In this document: piece by piece, positions 38,394-50,542 of the stretch
Numbering within the stretch: the first letter of the stretch is position 1
How the letters are laid out: the number at the start of each line of letters is the position of its first letter
NCBI GenBank assembly: GCA_038087875.1
Contig: CM075980.1
Coordinates: 17,856,001 to 17,920,000 of the forward strand
Length of the DNA: 64,000 bases
Direction: 5' to 3'
Origin: Malacoraja senta
Lineage: Eukaryota
Notes under the pieces: generated by a model
Database searches by the model: none
What the model was told of the DNA's origin: nothing
The model's input: only the letters and a program-made list of their open reading frames with translations
Translations under genes and position numbers: made by a program

Positions 38394-40817
38394 GTATATA
38401 TTGTTAAAAAGTGTCACAGATTTTTTAATGCATGTATGAAAATTTTCAGGTAAATAAACTGGTTAATGTTTGGAAATCTCAAATGTTAAAGGGCAATCTA
38501 TTATTTTACCATCAAATTGGTCCTTTCATTTTTCCACATTTTCCATCTACCATGTCCTAGTCCATTTGCTTAAGATGCTTGAAAACACTCCCACATAGTT
38601 TACACTGCCACACAACTTTAACAACAGTACTTTTCTCTTACGAACAGCAATGCACTTCAAAAGTAAATTCTCTTGTGTAAATTCTCATGCATAAAGTTTA
38701 TTTCGGCAAGTGAAAAATGTGGTACAGTTATTATTCAAGTATTTCCCCCCAAAACATGATGCCTATTGCAGCACAGGTCAAATTCACTCCAGGCTGGCTG
38801 GTATGGAAGTGGAAGGTGCATTGTTCAGTCAGATGAGGGCAAGTAGCCATCCTTTGGCGTTTACCTTTGTGTCCATAAGGAAGTCCTTGTGTGTAGTGAT
38901 TGTTCCACTGTCATTGCTACCAACTGAGGGTCTGTAGCTGCTCAGGATTCTCTTCGGGGTCCTGGGCAAAAATGGAAACTTTCCTATTGGCATCTTGTGC
39001 CTTCTCCAGTGTAATTCTCCCCAGGCTGGTTGGAGATGGTGCAGAAAGTCTTCTCTGACTCTGTAAGTGATTTGCAAACTTGTGGGGATTAGGAGAGAAG
39101 TGGGTCCAAAGTGAGTTAGTTGCCGGGAACAGGATCAAGTAAACTGAGCTGTCAGGAAAGCAGCTGGGAAGGTAATTAAACCAAGATACTGCACTTTACG
39201 TTAATCCAGTGGAGAACGAAGAAGCACTGTGTGTGGAGGGGGTGGGGACACGAGGGAAGTAGGCAGAGTGCAGGATTCGGTTAAATAAAATAATTCTTCA
39301 TAAATCGTAATGAGGAGGAAGCATTCATGGAGAATGGTAAATCAGAAATGTGAGAAATACTTAAGGTCAGGATTGAAGAAAAGAAAAAAAGTTAATGTTT
39401 TAGATATAATTTTATCCAGGTTTCCACCTGTATTTTTCTCTTTGCTCTACCTGTTATATTTGTGTATAGTATTATTTGATTTAATTGGTAAGCATGCAAA
39501 CAAAAGTTATGCACTGTATCTCAGTACGTGACAATAATATATCAATACCGGTACAATGCAAGGTTCTAGCCATGCGTTATCGTATGCACCATGTGTACGC
39601 TCTCAACCTAGGCAGTGAGACAGCCTTGTGTTTACAGAGTTTATTTAAGTTGTTGACCAGTGAGGAAAACATTTTGAAGCAGCATAATATAGAGCCTATA
39701 CTGATGCTACTATGCACTTGACTGGAAACTACAGAAAAAATCTTTATGAAGCAAATGTTGTTAAATATTAGATGAAAGTAGATTTCATTTAGCTCTGTTA
39801 GTGTTTTCACATGACTGCATTAATTTTGTATGCTAATGAGTCCTTGAGATCTATATTTTCTAAGCATTCTACAGTTACTAGGTACTTTGTTTAAATGTGC
39901 AAACCATGATGGTGCATAATCAGTTTCTTCATTGATTTTGATCTTTGGGCACTTCTTTACTTTTGTTACTTTGGGTCCATTTTTCCTGCTGCCTGTGGCA
40001 TTTAAAAATGACCCTTTGAAAGACTGGATTTATTTTTAAACTGCTGCCCAACAGCTCTTTTCACTGAGATGTTATTTTTACAGAGTCATCATAAATTTAG
40101 CACATAGAACATTTGGTTCTTTCAATGGCATAATGGCATAATAAGTTGTTTTATTATTTTGTTCCTGTCCTTCTGAAAGCAATGGGTACTATTTTGCACT
40201 TTTTCCTTCTACTTGCCAGTGGTCATTCATATCTAAGGGTTGTTTTTGATCCAAATGTTCTTCTTGCCCAAATATGCAAATTTCAGAAGTGTTTGTGAAA
40301 CTCAACTAGCAGTGTGGACCCTGTTTAAATTCAGATTAGAAGATAAATGTTTCCAATCTGATCAAAACACAAGATCCTTGGGAAACTCAATGGGTCAGGC
40401 AGCATCTGTGTAGGGAATTATCAGACACTGTTTTGGTAGGAACCCTTCAGATGTTTGGAACATCATGGATCTTTCGGACTTTACGCTATCATAGGAGTTA
40501 AATAAATGTGCAAAAAAAGGAAAATGCTGGAGGATCTCAATGGCTCCAGTAACATCTAAAGAGGGAATGGGCAGACAATATTTTGGTTTAGGATGTTGAC
40601 CCGCTGAATTCTTCCAGCATTTGTTTTTTTTGCACAAGATTTAGGCATCTGCAGTTTCTTCTCTACAGTTTAATTTTAAAAAATTCAAAACCGTGGTTTG
40701 TCAATGTTTCATTCACTTCCTGGTCACCTTGTGTGAAAACCTGATTTACAGTGTGTTGAACAGTTACTTTCTTTTCTAAAAAGATAATAAAGATTGTGTT
40801 GTTTGTTCATTTTTCAG

Positions 40818-41063
40818 GACTGTGAAGATCCCAATCCCCTCATCAGAGCGCTGGCGGTGAGAACAATGGGCTGTATCCGTGTTGATAAAATCACAGAGTA
40901 TTTGTGTGAGCCTCTGCGGAAATGTCTAAAGGACGAAGACCCCTATGTACGAAAGACTGCTGCTGTCTGTGTAGCCAAACTACACGATATCAATGCACAA
41001 TTGGTAGAAGATCAGGGATTTCTGGACACTCTGAAGGATCTGATATCTGACTCCAATCCAATG
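40818..41063 (+). CDS. AP1B1: AP1B1 exon 5 ([18 protein letters not shown]...DLISDSNPM)
   Basis: 246 nt, within ORF 40794-41153, AG/GT boundaries. Confidence 0.97.
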
Positions 41064-41215
41064 GTAAATAAAATGTTAATATTGCACCTAACATTTGTTA
41101 TTAATGTCAGAACATTGAAATTCTTCTTTTCTGCAGCTTTACAAGCCCATTAATGCAATAACACTCAAATGTATAATAATCAATAATACAATAAGTTAAT
41201 AACAAGTAATACTTG

Positions 41216-41525
41216 GTGGGACGGTGGAGCAGTAGTAGAGTTGCTGCCTTACAGCGCCAAAGATCCGGATTCGATCCTGACCATGGGTGCTGTCTGCGGA
41301 GTTTGTACGTTCTCTCCATGTCTTGCTAGGGTTTTCACCGGGTGCTCCGGTTTCCTCTCACACTCCAAAGATGCACAAGTTTGTAGGTTAATTAGCTCCG
41401 GTAAAAAATCTAAATTGTTCCTAGTATGTGTAGGATAATGCTAGTGTACGGGGATTGCTGGTTGACGGGGACTTGGTGGGCCGAAGGGCCTGTTTCCATG
41501 CTGAATCTCTAAACTAAATTAAACT
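41216..41525 (+). mobile_element. HE1-like V-SINE, near full length
   Basis: A/B-box-like head, V domain, ctaaactaaa tail. Confidence 0.8.
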
Positions 41526-41925
41526 CGATAATCAGACCATTACAATGCAAAACTGAAGTCCGTTGTGCAACCAAAATGATGTCCATGGTTGGCCATAGTT
41601 GCTGAGGTAGTGTTGTGGTTAGTGTGTAGTGTTCAAGAGTCTGTTGATTGCTGGGAAGAATTTCTTGAACCTGGAGGTCACAGTTTGAGTGTTTCATACC
41701 ACCTTACCCGTGGTAGTAGCGAGATGAGACCGTGGCCAGGGTGGTGCGTGTCTTTGATATTGCCTGCCTTTTTGAGGCAGCAATGTCTATACATCCCTAA
41801 TCTAGTGGGTAAGTCGGAGTCCACCACCTTCTGCAGTTTCCTTCATTCCTGGGCATTTGAGTTATTTAACCAGGCCGAGATGCAATCCGTCAGTATGTTC
41901 CCTAATATACACCTGTAGAAGTTCA
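41526..41925 (-). mobile_element. Rex1-like LINE 3' region, degraded (interrupted by the SINE; tail at about 41105-41210)
   Basis: HAPPWPRSHLATTTG-like reverse frame; similar remnant at 56650-57000. Confidence 0.5.
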
Positions 41926-42564
41926 GTTACATATTTGGGTACATTAATTATTGTAAAGCTCAAAAGCATAATTACAACGTAACATGGCCATTAGCGGAAC
42001 CTTCATCTCAATTTATGTGTACCAATTTTTATTTGTTAAACAAAATATTTGCTGCCTGCTGAAGTGGAGAATGTTAAGTTGGAAATTCGGGTGAGCCAAC
42101 TTCTGCACCTCGCTGGCCAATTCATGTTTTGGAGTTTCTCTTCCAAAATGATTCAATGGTGCTTTTATTGTTGCATGTGCAAAATGCAAATGCACAGTGA
42201 AATTATTTTCTTACAAACAGTACAGTAGAGTATGCCATACCGAAGCACATCCCTGGTTAGCAAATTGTACAAAAATAGTCTACTGATCCTGCATGCAAGA
42301 GAGGTCATGATTTGGCGCCAATTTCAGAGTCCAGTCTACGCTCTAGTTGTTATGAGGATTGCCCGTTCCAGGCAAGTCCCAGGCTGCTAAGGGCCTCCAG
42401 CCGTCGCCTTTCTTTGGACATATGGATTGACAAACGAACCGGCATCCTTCTCGCCCGTCCACCTTTGTTAACTGGGGGCGCTTCCCGCAGCTGGTAAGGC
42501 GCGGTAAGGCAGACCCTTGTTCCTTCTCTCCTATCGGTTTTGCTCCTTACCAGTCGTCAACAGC

Positions 42565-42910
42565 TCATAAGGTATAGGAATAGAATTAGGCCATTCTGCC
42601 CATCAGGTCTACTCTGCCATTCAATCATGGCTGATCTATCCCTCCTAGCCCCATACTCCTGCCTTCTCCCTATAACCACTGACACCTGTACTAATCAAGA
42701 ATCTATCTCTGCCTTAAAAATATCCACTGACGGCCTCCATAGCCTTCTGTGGCAAGGGATTCCACAGATTCACCACCCTCTGACTAAAAAAATGTTTCCT
42801 CATCTCCTTCCTAAAAGAACGTCCTTTAATTGTGAGGGTATGACCTCTAGTCCTAGACTCTCCCATCCTCTCCACAAGCACTCTATCCAAGCCTTTCACT
42901 ATTCTGTATG
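42565..42910 (-). mobile_element. CR1/HER1 LINE 3' fragment
   Basis: Minus-strand ORF SRTRGHTLTIKGRSFRKEMRKHFFSQRVVNLWNPLP. Confidence 0.85.
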
Positions 42911-43755
42911 AATCTATGTTCCATCCTCTGCTCTGTGCTCGATGAGCAGGGGCTGGCTCAGAGGGTTCCCCTTCCAGGCCGCGGTCCGCTGGATCTTGCG
43001 TCCAGTTGCGGGGGACTGACATGGCGGCTACCCCTTTAGGCCGCGGCGCTCTGGGATCTTAAATGTTGAAAACTGTATTGTCGTGCTGTTAATTAATCTG
43101 TACTTTTGTCACAATTTGATACCAGAGATTCAGTATGCAAACCTTTGTTGGAGTAACATTAAAAATGTTTACTTTTCTAATAACTTTCTGGATGAAATAG
43201 CTTTCCCTGTGCATGGAATTTCAGATCACTGCCCAGGGTTATGGACACAAATAGAATTGTTTGCGTTAGTGTAAGTTTACTTAAGTCACCCATTGCGTAA
43301 ATTGGGGAGTGTTTGTATTGTAAGTTTACTTCCCTAAAGTACATGATGGTCTATTTGGATTTTTATGTCTGACAATTTCATTGCGAAATACTGGTTACTT
43401 TCTGTGACCAGTTAATAACTCACAATGGCGCATGTCATTATGCTACGTGATTCTTTCAAAATCTTTCAGGTAGTGGTTAATAATTTGATCCATTATTAAG
43501 ATAGCATATATGCATGTTTAATCCATTCCAACAAATATGAATTCTAATTCATTTAAATTATTACAGATTCCCTGAATTGCTTGCATTTTTCAAACAATAG
43601 GTTGGTATCAATTATGTGAGATTGAGAGTCAATTTCAAAAAGTGCATGCTATGGGTAATGGGTATGCGCTGGTATGGGTGTTGTGAGCCGAAGGGACTGG
43701 TTTCCAGAGGGCTAGTATGGACATTGTGGGCCAAATGAATTTTTGGGCGGGCACC

Positions 43756-43905
43756 TCAGTCACTCAGGGCTGGTGGGCTGGCAGCTCAGTCACTCGGGAC
43801 TGGTGGGCTGGCAGCTCAGTCACTCAGGGTTGGTAGCTCAGTCCCTCAGGGCTGGTGGACTGGCAGATAAGTCACTCGGGGCTGGTGGGCTGGCAGTTCA
43901 CTCAT
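43756..43905. repeat. 30-bp minisatellite (CTCAGTCACTCGGGGCTGGTGGGCTGGCAG), about 5 degenerate copies
   Basis: Seen directly. Confidence 0.85.
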
Positions 43906-43923
43906 GGCTATTCCTTGAAATTC

Positions 43924-44238
43924 CATTTCAAGCAGAGTGCAGGCCACCAAAGTCAATTTCCTAGCATTTCAAGCAGAGTGCAGGCCACCAAATGCAGTTT
44001 CATAGCATTTCAAGCAGAGTGCAGGCCACCAAATTCCATTTCATAGCATTTCAAGCAGAGTGCAGGCCACCAAATTCCATTTCATAGCATTTCAAGCAGA
44101 GTGCAGGCCACCAAATTCAGTTTCATAGCATTTCAAGCAGAGTCCAGGCCACCAAATTCAGTTTCATAGCATTTCAAGCAGAGTCCAGGCCACCAAATTC
44201 AATTTCATAGCATTTCAAGCAGTGCAGGCCACCAAATT
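43924..44238. repeat. 41-bp minisatellite (CATTTCAAGCAGAGTGCAGGCCACCAAATTCCATTTCATAG), 7 full copies plus 1 partial
   Basis: Units start at 43924, 43965, ... 44211 with an exact 41-nt period. Confidence 0.92.
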
Positions 44239-44453
44239 GCCAAACAACTCTTTGCATTGTCATTAAGGGCTAACAAATAATTTAACGCAAGTACATTGCG
44301 GACTCACAGTTCAGTTGATTCACAGCTTAGAATCACAGTTGTGGACTCTCCCTCGCGATCTTCCAGAATGACTGACTCACGTCCAGGCAACCGGGGTTTT
44401 ATAGTCCTGCCCCCCCCCCCTCCCCAGAAGGGGCGTTACCTTCATCGTGGTGA

Positions 44454-44897
44454 TTTTTTATTAGAAGCAAACATATTATAAGGTAGAGTAACATTATAAT
44501 AGGAAAAAAAAAACTTATCATATACATCAATCACTCATACATTATTAAATTTGTCAATTGTCAATTAATGCTGCTTCTAGTGTTTTTTTTATTATATAGA
44601 TAGAAAAAGAGAAATAGAGAGAAAGAAGAATTACAAATATCAAAAAAGAAAAAGAGGTGGAATGAATTACTTATAATACGTCATTGGAGATAAATTCGTA
44701 GGTTATAAAGTATAATTACATCTAATCCTGAATTCAAGTTTCAGTTGGGTTTTCGTGCTGGGTCAATCTATCCCTTCAAATAGGTAATGAATGGAGCCCA
44801 TATTTTAACAAAAAGTTCTTGCTTGTCCATTAAGACAAGTTTAATTCTTTCTAGATGTAGGGTCTCCGACATTTCCACAATCCACATTTTAATTGTG
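44454..44897 (-). mobile_element. L1-clade LINE 3' fragment nested in the Helitron-like element
   Basis: Minus strand MWIVEMSETLHLERIKLVLMDKQELFVKIWAPFITYLKG*, then a T-rich UTR and AATAAAAAA. Confidence 0.7.
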
Positions 44898-47429
44898 ATC
44901 TCAAGATTTTTTAAACACTCATAACTTTTTTATTTTTCATCGATCGGAAAAATCTTCGGGACTGCCTCAGCGGAGGACTGTGAGTAAGATGGCCAAAAAT
45001 CATAGCGATATATGGTAGCGCTTTTTCTAAAATCAATATACAGCGCAGACAGGAAGTGGTCAAGATGAAACTTTTAGTTATATAGATAGATGTTATTTAT
45101 GTTTGACCCACATAGAAGTATATCCTGGCCCAAATGTTGATGGTAATAAACACCAAGTCTTTTAGTTAGGTTCTTTATAACCTTCTGGGCTGAAACATGA
45201 TTACATTTGTGAAATAATCTGCCTTCAGTTTGGTCAAAAAGGGGATAGGGTAAGTCAAATTTTAACTTTTCCTTACAAAGATGAAAAAAATATCACATCA
45301 TTTACTGAGGTATTTTATATCCTTTGGGCTCAGCAAAAAAAATTGCATTGCAAGGTTAGCATTGGATGGACACCTGCGACCTGCTTGAAACCCATAGCTC
45401 TGCTAACCTTGAGCAGCTCTTTGATTCCAAATGAGCTGACTGCTTGCAACTGCAGCCACCTTATGAGACAGACAGGTCTGCCAGTAGCGATGAGGTCTCA
45501 GCTGCTGGTTACTAGGACCCAGCTCTGCACCTTCTTAGTATTTATATTCTAAAGGTCCTTTCAACTGCTTTTAAATATCTCTGGTCATCAGCAACACATT
45601 CAAACAGATTTAAAATGGAATTATTTAAAATCAAATTTAACGTGTAAATTAATTAAAAGCAATAAACAAACCACTTGCCTTCAGTTCAGATCAGTGACTT
45701 AATTCAAATGGATGGAACCACATTTAAAAACACCAACCACTGCAGGTATAAAGGTTAGGGACCAGCTAAAGAGTGAACATATTCCCTCGGCCCAGCACAA
45801 GAGCTTTGGCACTGGACTCGGTGCCAAGCCCAGCAGCAAAGCAGAAGGTCAAATATACATGTCTGAGTTCCATGCTTCTGCATTGCACAGGACTTGATCC
45901 GTGCAATGCTGGTAGCCTGTGGTTCTCGCTATATCCACCAGCCGTAGAGAAACACAATCCGAACGATTACCGTCAATAATTTAAGATTGCAGCCGGTGTT
46001 ATCTTGCTGTTGTTGCTACTGACTTTGGCTTTCATATTTACACATCCACTGAGCCTATGTTGTTCTTGACCTATCACTATTTCTTTTTGACTTGTACCAC
46101 CTAGTATAACTGATAACACGGTTATTTGATATCTAGTGTAAATGATAATTTATTGTATTATTGGTTGTTGTATGTTTGTGTGTTATTGCGGTAATGTGCA
46201 TATAAAGCTGCAGAAAGTAAGAATATCATTGTTCCAGTCCCGGTGAATACCACAATTAAACTTCCTTGACTTAACTCTCTTGACCATTATCCCTTTTGTC
46301 AATCTATCTATACCATAATGGATTTTTTTCTTCCCTTCTGCTTTCCTTGTCTCAATACAACATTTATTGCATCTTTTTCTAGTTCTAACAGGGTATTTAA
46401 CTATTCCACATATGTACCTGAATGATTGAATTTTCCTACTGTGTTCTGTTTTTGAATTTTTAATTATTACTTTGAGTCCTTGTATTGATCACAATAAATG
46501 ATAGGCTGAATTTAAATGCTGAACCCAAAACATGTCTGGAGCAACTTTATAAAGTCATGTCATTTGGATATGTTAGAGTTGTACACCGAAGATAGACACA
46601 AAAAGCTGGAGTAACTCAGCGGGACAGGCAGCATCTCTGGAGAGAAGGAATGGGTGATGTTTCGGGTCGAGACTATTCTTCAGACAGAAACAGAACCTTC
46701 AGCCAAACACATCCTTGCAGGCTATTTTGTCACTCTACTAATCACAGTTATCAATTTTCAGTCTATATGCCTTGCCTACTTGTGTGCTTGTCTAAATGTC
46801 TCTGAAACATTGTGATTGTTTCTTGATCCACCACTACCTCTGGTAACGAGTTATAGATATCAACCACTCTATGTGTAAAAAAAAACCTTGCATCCAAATC
46901 CTCTTTAAAAGTCCTCACTTTCAATCCTTTTGTTTTTGATAAACCTACTGTGGGGAAAAAAATATTCTGACTATGTACCCTATGTATGCCTTGGATGATT
47001 TTCTATGCATCTATCAGGTCACCCCCTTAGCTTCCTTCATTTGAGGGGAAACAAGCAAGCCTATCTAAATGTTGCAACAAGGAACTGTAGGTGCTGGTTT
47101 ATAAAAATAGACAGTGCTCAACGGGTTAGGCATCATCCCTGGACAATATGGATAGGTGAAGTTTCAGGTCGGAATCCTCCTTCAGGCCTGTCTTTGTTTG
47201 TAAACCACCATCTGCAATTCCTTGTGTCTATAGAAGAAGGGTCCTGACCCAAAACATTGCCTATCCATGTTCTGTAGTAATGCTGCCTGACCCACTGAGT
47301 TACTCTAGCACTTTGTGCCTTTTTTTGCAAGCCTCTTCGATCTCCCTTTAACTAGAGTCCGGCAATCCAGACCATATGTTGATGAATCTCCTTTTCTCGT
47401 TCAGCAAACTTTACCCTAACTCTTTACAG

Positions 47430-47620
47430 GTCGTTGCAAATGCAGTGGCAGCGTTGTCAGAGATCGCAGAATCGCATCCCAACAGCAACTTGTTGGACCT
47501 CAACTTTCAGACTATCAACAAGCTATTAACAGCCTTAAATGAATGCACTGAATGGGGCCAGATATTTATCCTCGATTGTTTAGCCAATTATAGCCCGAAA
47601 GATGACAGAGAGGCTCAAAG
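47430..47620 (+). CDS. AP1B1: AP1B1 exon 6 ([17 protein letters not shown]...DDREAQS)
   Basis: 191 nt, CCCTAAC branch-like motif upstream, AG/GT boundaries. Confidence 0.97.
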
Positions 47621-47933
47621 GTAAAACTGCCAGGAGTGACATTTTTATCTACCTTGGAATAACATTTCAAGTGATAGTTTTTAATGTTACAAACGATGTC
47701 CAGCTTTTAATTGCTTTGTAATTTTTACTTTTAAAAGACTTATTCAAGATATTTAACTTTGCGTTTATAGAATTTGCAACAATAATCCTTTATTGGACAT
47801 AATAATTAATTGTTATTTTTAACTTTGAAGTAAAGTTAAAAACTTGTATTCCCTTGTTTCAAAATAATGCAGGATATGCAAAATGTATAACTTGAAGTAC
47901 TGAGGGACTTAATAGATATTTCTTGCCCAATAG

Positions 47934-48155
47934 CATCTGTGAACGTGTAACGCCGCGTTTGTCTCACGCCAACTCGGCTGTCGTCCTGTCCGCTGTAAAA
48001 GTTCTGATGAAATTCATGGAAATGTTATCGAAGGACTTGGATTACTATGGCACTTTGCTGAAGAAACTGGCTCCCCCTCTCGTGACACTGCTGTCTGCAG
48101 AGCCAGAGCTCCAATATGTGGCTCTCCGCAACATCAACCTCATTGTACAGAAAAG
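47934..48155 (+). CDS. AP1B1: AP1B1 exon 7 ([31 protein letters not shown]...NLIVQKR)
   Basis: 222 nt, AG/GT boundaries, frame continuous. Confidence 0.97.
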
Positions 48156-48439
48156 GTATATAAAAGTGCATGCAATTTTGGTAGGAAAACAATATTTGCA
48201 AAAATGTATAAAAGCTACCAACATTTATGACTTTCTGGTGAAATAACTCAGCATATTGGCTGCAATAATTATTTCTTCACCATGTGGCCTTGAACTAACA
48301 TCCTGAATTCTTTATATTAGAGCTACAACCATGCATCTCTAGTAATGGCAAAAGCACTTCAGGTGGTATAGAGCCATACTATTATTTCCCAATCTGTCTG
48401 CCATTTCAGTAATGTGTTGGAGCACAGATGGGACTCAAT

Positions 48440-48692
48440 GGGCGGCGCAGAGGAGCTGCTGCCTCCCAGCGCCAGACGCGTAGGTTCGATCCTGATGAAG
48501 GGTGCTTTCTGTGCGGAGTTTGTATGTTCTCCCTGTGACCACTCTGGTTTTCTCTGTGTGATCCGGTATCCTCCCACATTCCACAGACAAGCAGGATGCC
48601 AAAATGGGATAATATAGAACTGGTGTACGGGTGATCGATGGTCGGCATGGACTCGATGGGCCGAAGAGCCTGTTTCCACACTGTATCTCTAA
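48440..48692 (+). mobile_element. HE1-like V-SINE
   Basis: ggttcgatcctga B box, V domain, CR1-type tail. Confidence 0.75.
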
Positions 48693-48794
48693 ATATAAAC
48701 ATTTTATTAAATACCTTTCCCATTTCCTTCCTCCTCAACGTTAAGCGTGAGAAATTAATTAGCAGATTTGTCACTCAACCCGAGTCTGTTCAAT

Positions 48795-49562
48795 TAATCA
48801 TAATCATAATCCTGCTTTATTAGCCAAGTATGTTTTACAACATACGAGGAATTTGATTTGCCATGCAGTCATACCACTAAAAAGCAACAAATCATACCAA
48901 CTACATTTTAACATAAACATCCACCACAGTGACTCCTCCACATTCCTCACTGTGATGGAAGACGAAAAAAAAGTTCAATCTCTTCCCTTCTTTGTTCTCC
49001 TGCGGTCGGGAGCCTCGAGCCTTCCGTTGACAGGACGATCTTGGCTCCCGTAGCCGGTGGTCGGGCTCTCCGTGTCGGGGCGATCAAGCTCCCACATCGG
49101 GGGGGGATCTCAGCCCCCTGCACCGGGCGATCGGACCCCGGGTCGCAGGGCTTGTCGAACCTCCTGGGACTTTGGAGCTTCCCGATATCAGCCTCTACAC
49201 GAGACTGCAAGCTCCTCGATGTTGAAATCCGCAGGCTGGGGTTGGAGCTTCGATCCCAGGCAAGGGATCGCAGGCTCCGGTGGCAAGTCCACGGTCCCGT
49301 GGTGGGGCTCAAAGTCAGTCTCGAGCAAGGTCTCCAGCTCCATGATGTTAGGCTGCAGAGCGACTGGAGATACGATCCGGAAAACAATTGCATCTCCGGC
49401 AAGGTAAGAGATTGAGAAAAAAGTTTTCCCCTGACCCACCCCCCCAACTCCCCACATAAAGCAAACCAAAGAACATTAACACATACTTTTTAACACACAA
49501 CAAAAAAGACGAAAAGACAGACAGACTGTTGGCGAGGCTGCCATCGTTGACAGCGCCACCCG
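48795..49562 (-). mobile_element. Non-coding GC-rich retroposon with a Rex1-like 3' tail and (ATTATG)n end
   Basis: CpG-rich body; minus-strand tail ggcaaatcaaattcctcgtatg...ggctaataaag...attatgattatg. Confidence 0.55.
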
Positions 49563-50421
49563 GTACCTGAATATTTCCGCCTCGTACCTCCTTCACCTTC
49601 ATTCACCCATGCTACCCATGAGCAGCACCCCAGCAATATTTTATTTTTCTTCTCGGCTACTGTTTTCCTCAAACCGCATTTATCTTTCCAAAATACTGAA
49701 GTGCTTCCTCTTAGTGAATGTAGAATACATTGTTGCTCCCCATCTTTACCCCAGTTCCATATTTAAGCTGTTTCTCAATCTAGCTGATATGCACACAGCT
49801 GAATCTATATATGCGGCGTAGCTGGTAGAGCTGCTGCCTCACAACACCGGACCAAGGTTCAATCCTGACCTCGGGTGCCGTCTGGAATTTGCACTTTGGG
49901 TGGGTTTCTTCCAGGTGCAGCTGTGGGCTAATTGGTCTCTAGTATGTAGGGTGAATGGGTGATTGATGGTCAGCGTGGACTTGGTGTGAAAGCAAGTTAG
50001 TTTGCAGGTAATCAGTCTGAAGAAGGCTCCCAAGCCAAAACGTTGCCTGGCCTTTCCCTCCCCAGATGCTGCATGACCCACTTGAGTTCCTCCATCACAT
50101 TGTATTCTGTTAGAGTTTGTTTTATTTGTAGAGTGAAAGTTTGGATGGGACAAAGGGAATATCTATCTGATGGGGGGGGTTACCAGGAGAAAGGCTGTAG
50201 ATGAAATCGTCCAGTTGATATGTTAATGAGGACAGTTGGAAGGACCATGAAATAAGGAAAATAAAAGATGTGAAATTGGGGCAGCTGGAGAGGTAGAAAA
50301 TCTTGGTCGAGACCAAACGTCTGACGTGAATTCTTGATGGGTATTTAAAAAACTGGGGTAAAGAGCTAAAATAGAATATTTATTTTGCTTTTATATTATG
50401 GGTTTCTCTCTTCCATTTTAG

Positions 50422-50542
50422 GCCTGAGATTCTCAAGCATGAAATGAAGGTTTTCTTTGTGAAATACAATGATCCTATTTATGTGAAACTGGAAAAACTG
50501 GACATTATGATTCGATTGGCTTCTCAAGCCAACATTGCACAG
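50422..50542 (+). CDS. AP1B1: AP1B1 exon 8 ([40 protein letters not shown])
   Basis: 121 nt, AG/GT boundaries; translated by hand, not in the ORF track. Confidence 0.96.

Larger units (their letters stand above)
43660..45090 (-). mobile_element. Non-autonomous Helitron-like element (5' end present, 3' end not seen)
   Basis: Minus strand begins A|TCTATCTATATAACTAAAAG; carries internal minisatellites; no CTAG/hairpin terminus found. Confidence 0.5.

Noticed and set aside
43924-44238. CRISPR-like regular repeat array
   Set aside because: Head-to-tail 41-bp units with no unique spacers, no cas genes and a eukaryotic intron context; it is a minisatellite.
48947-49672. Overlapping 90-166 aa ORFs on both strands
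   Set aside because: GC-rich repeat interior; no recognisable domain or splice structure.
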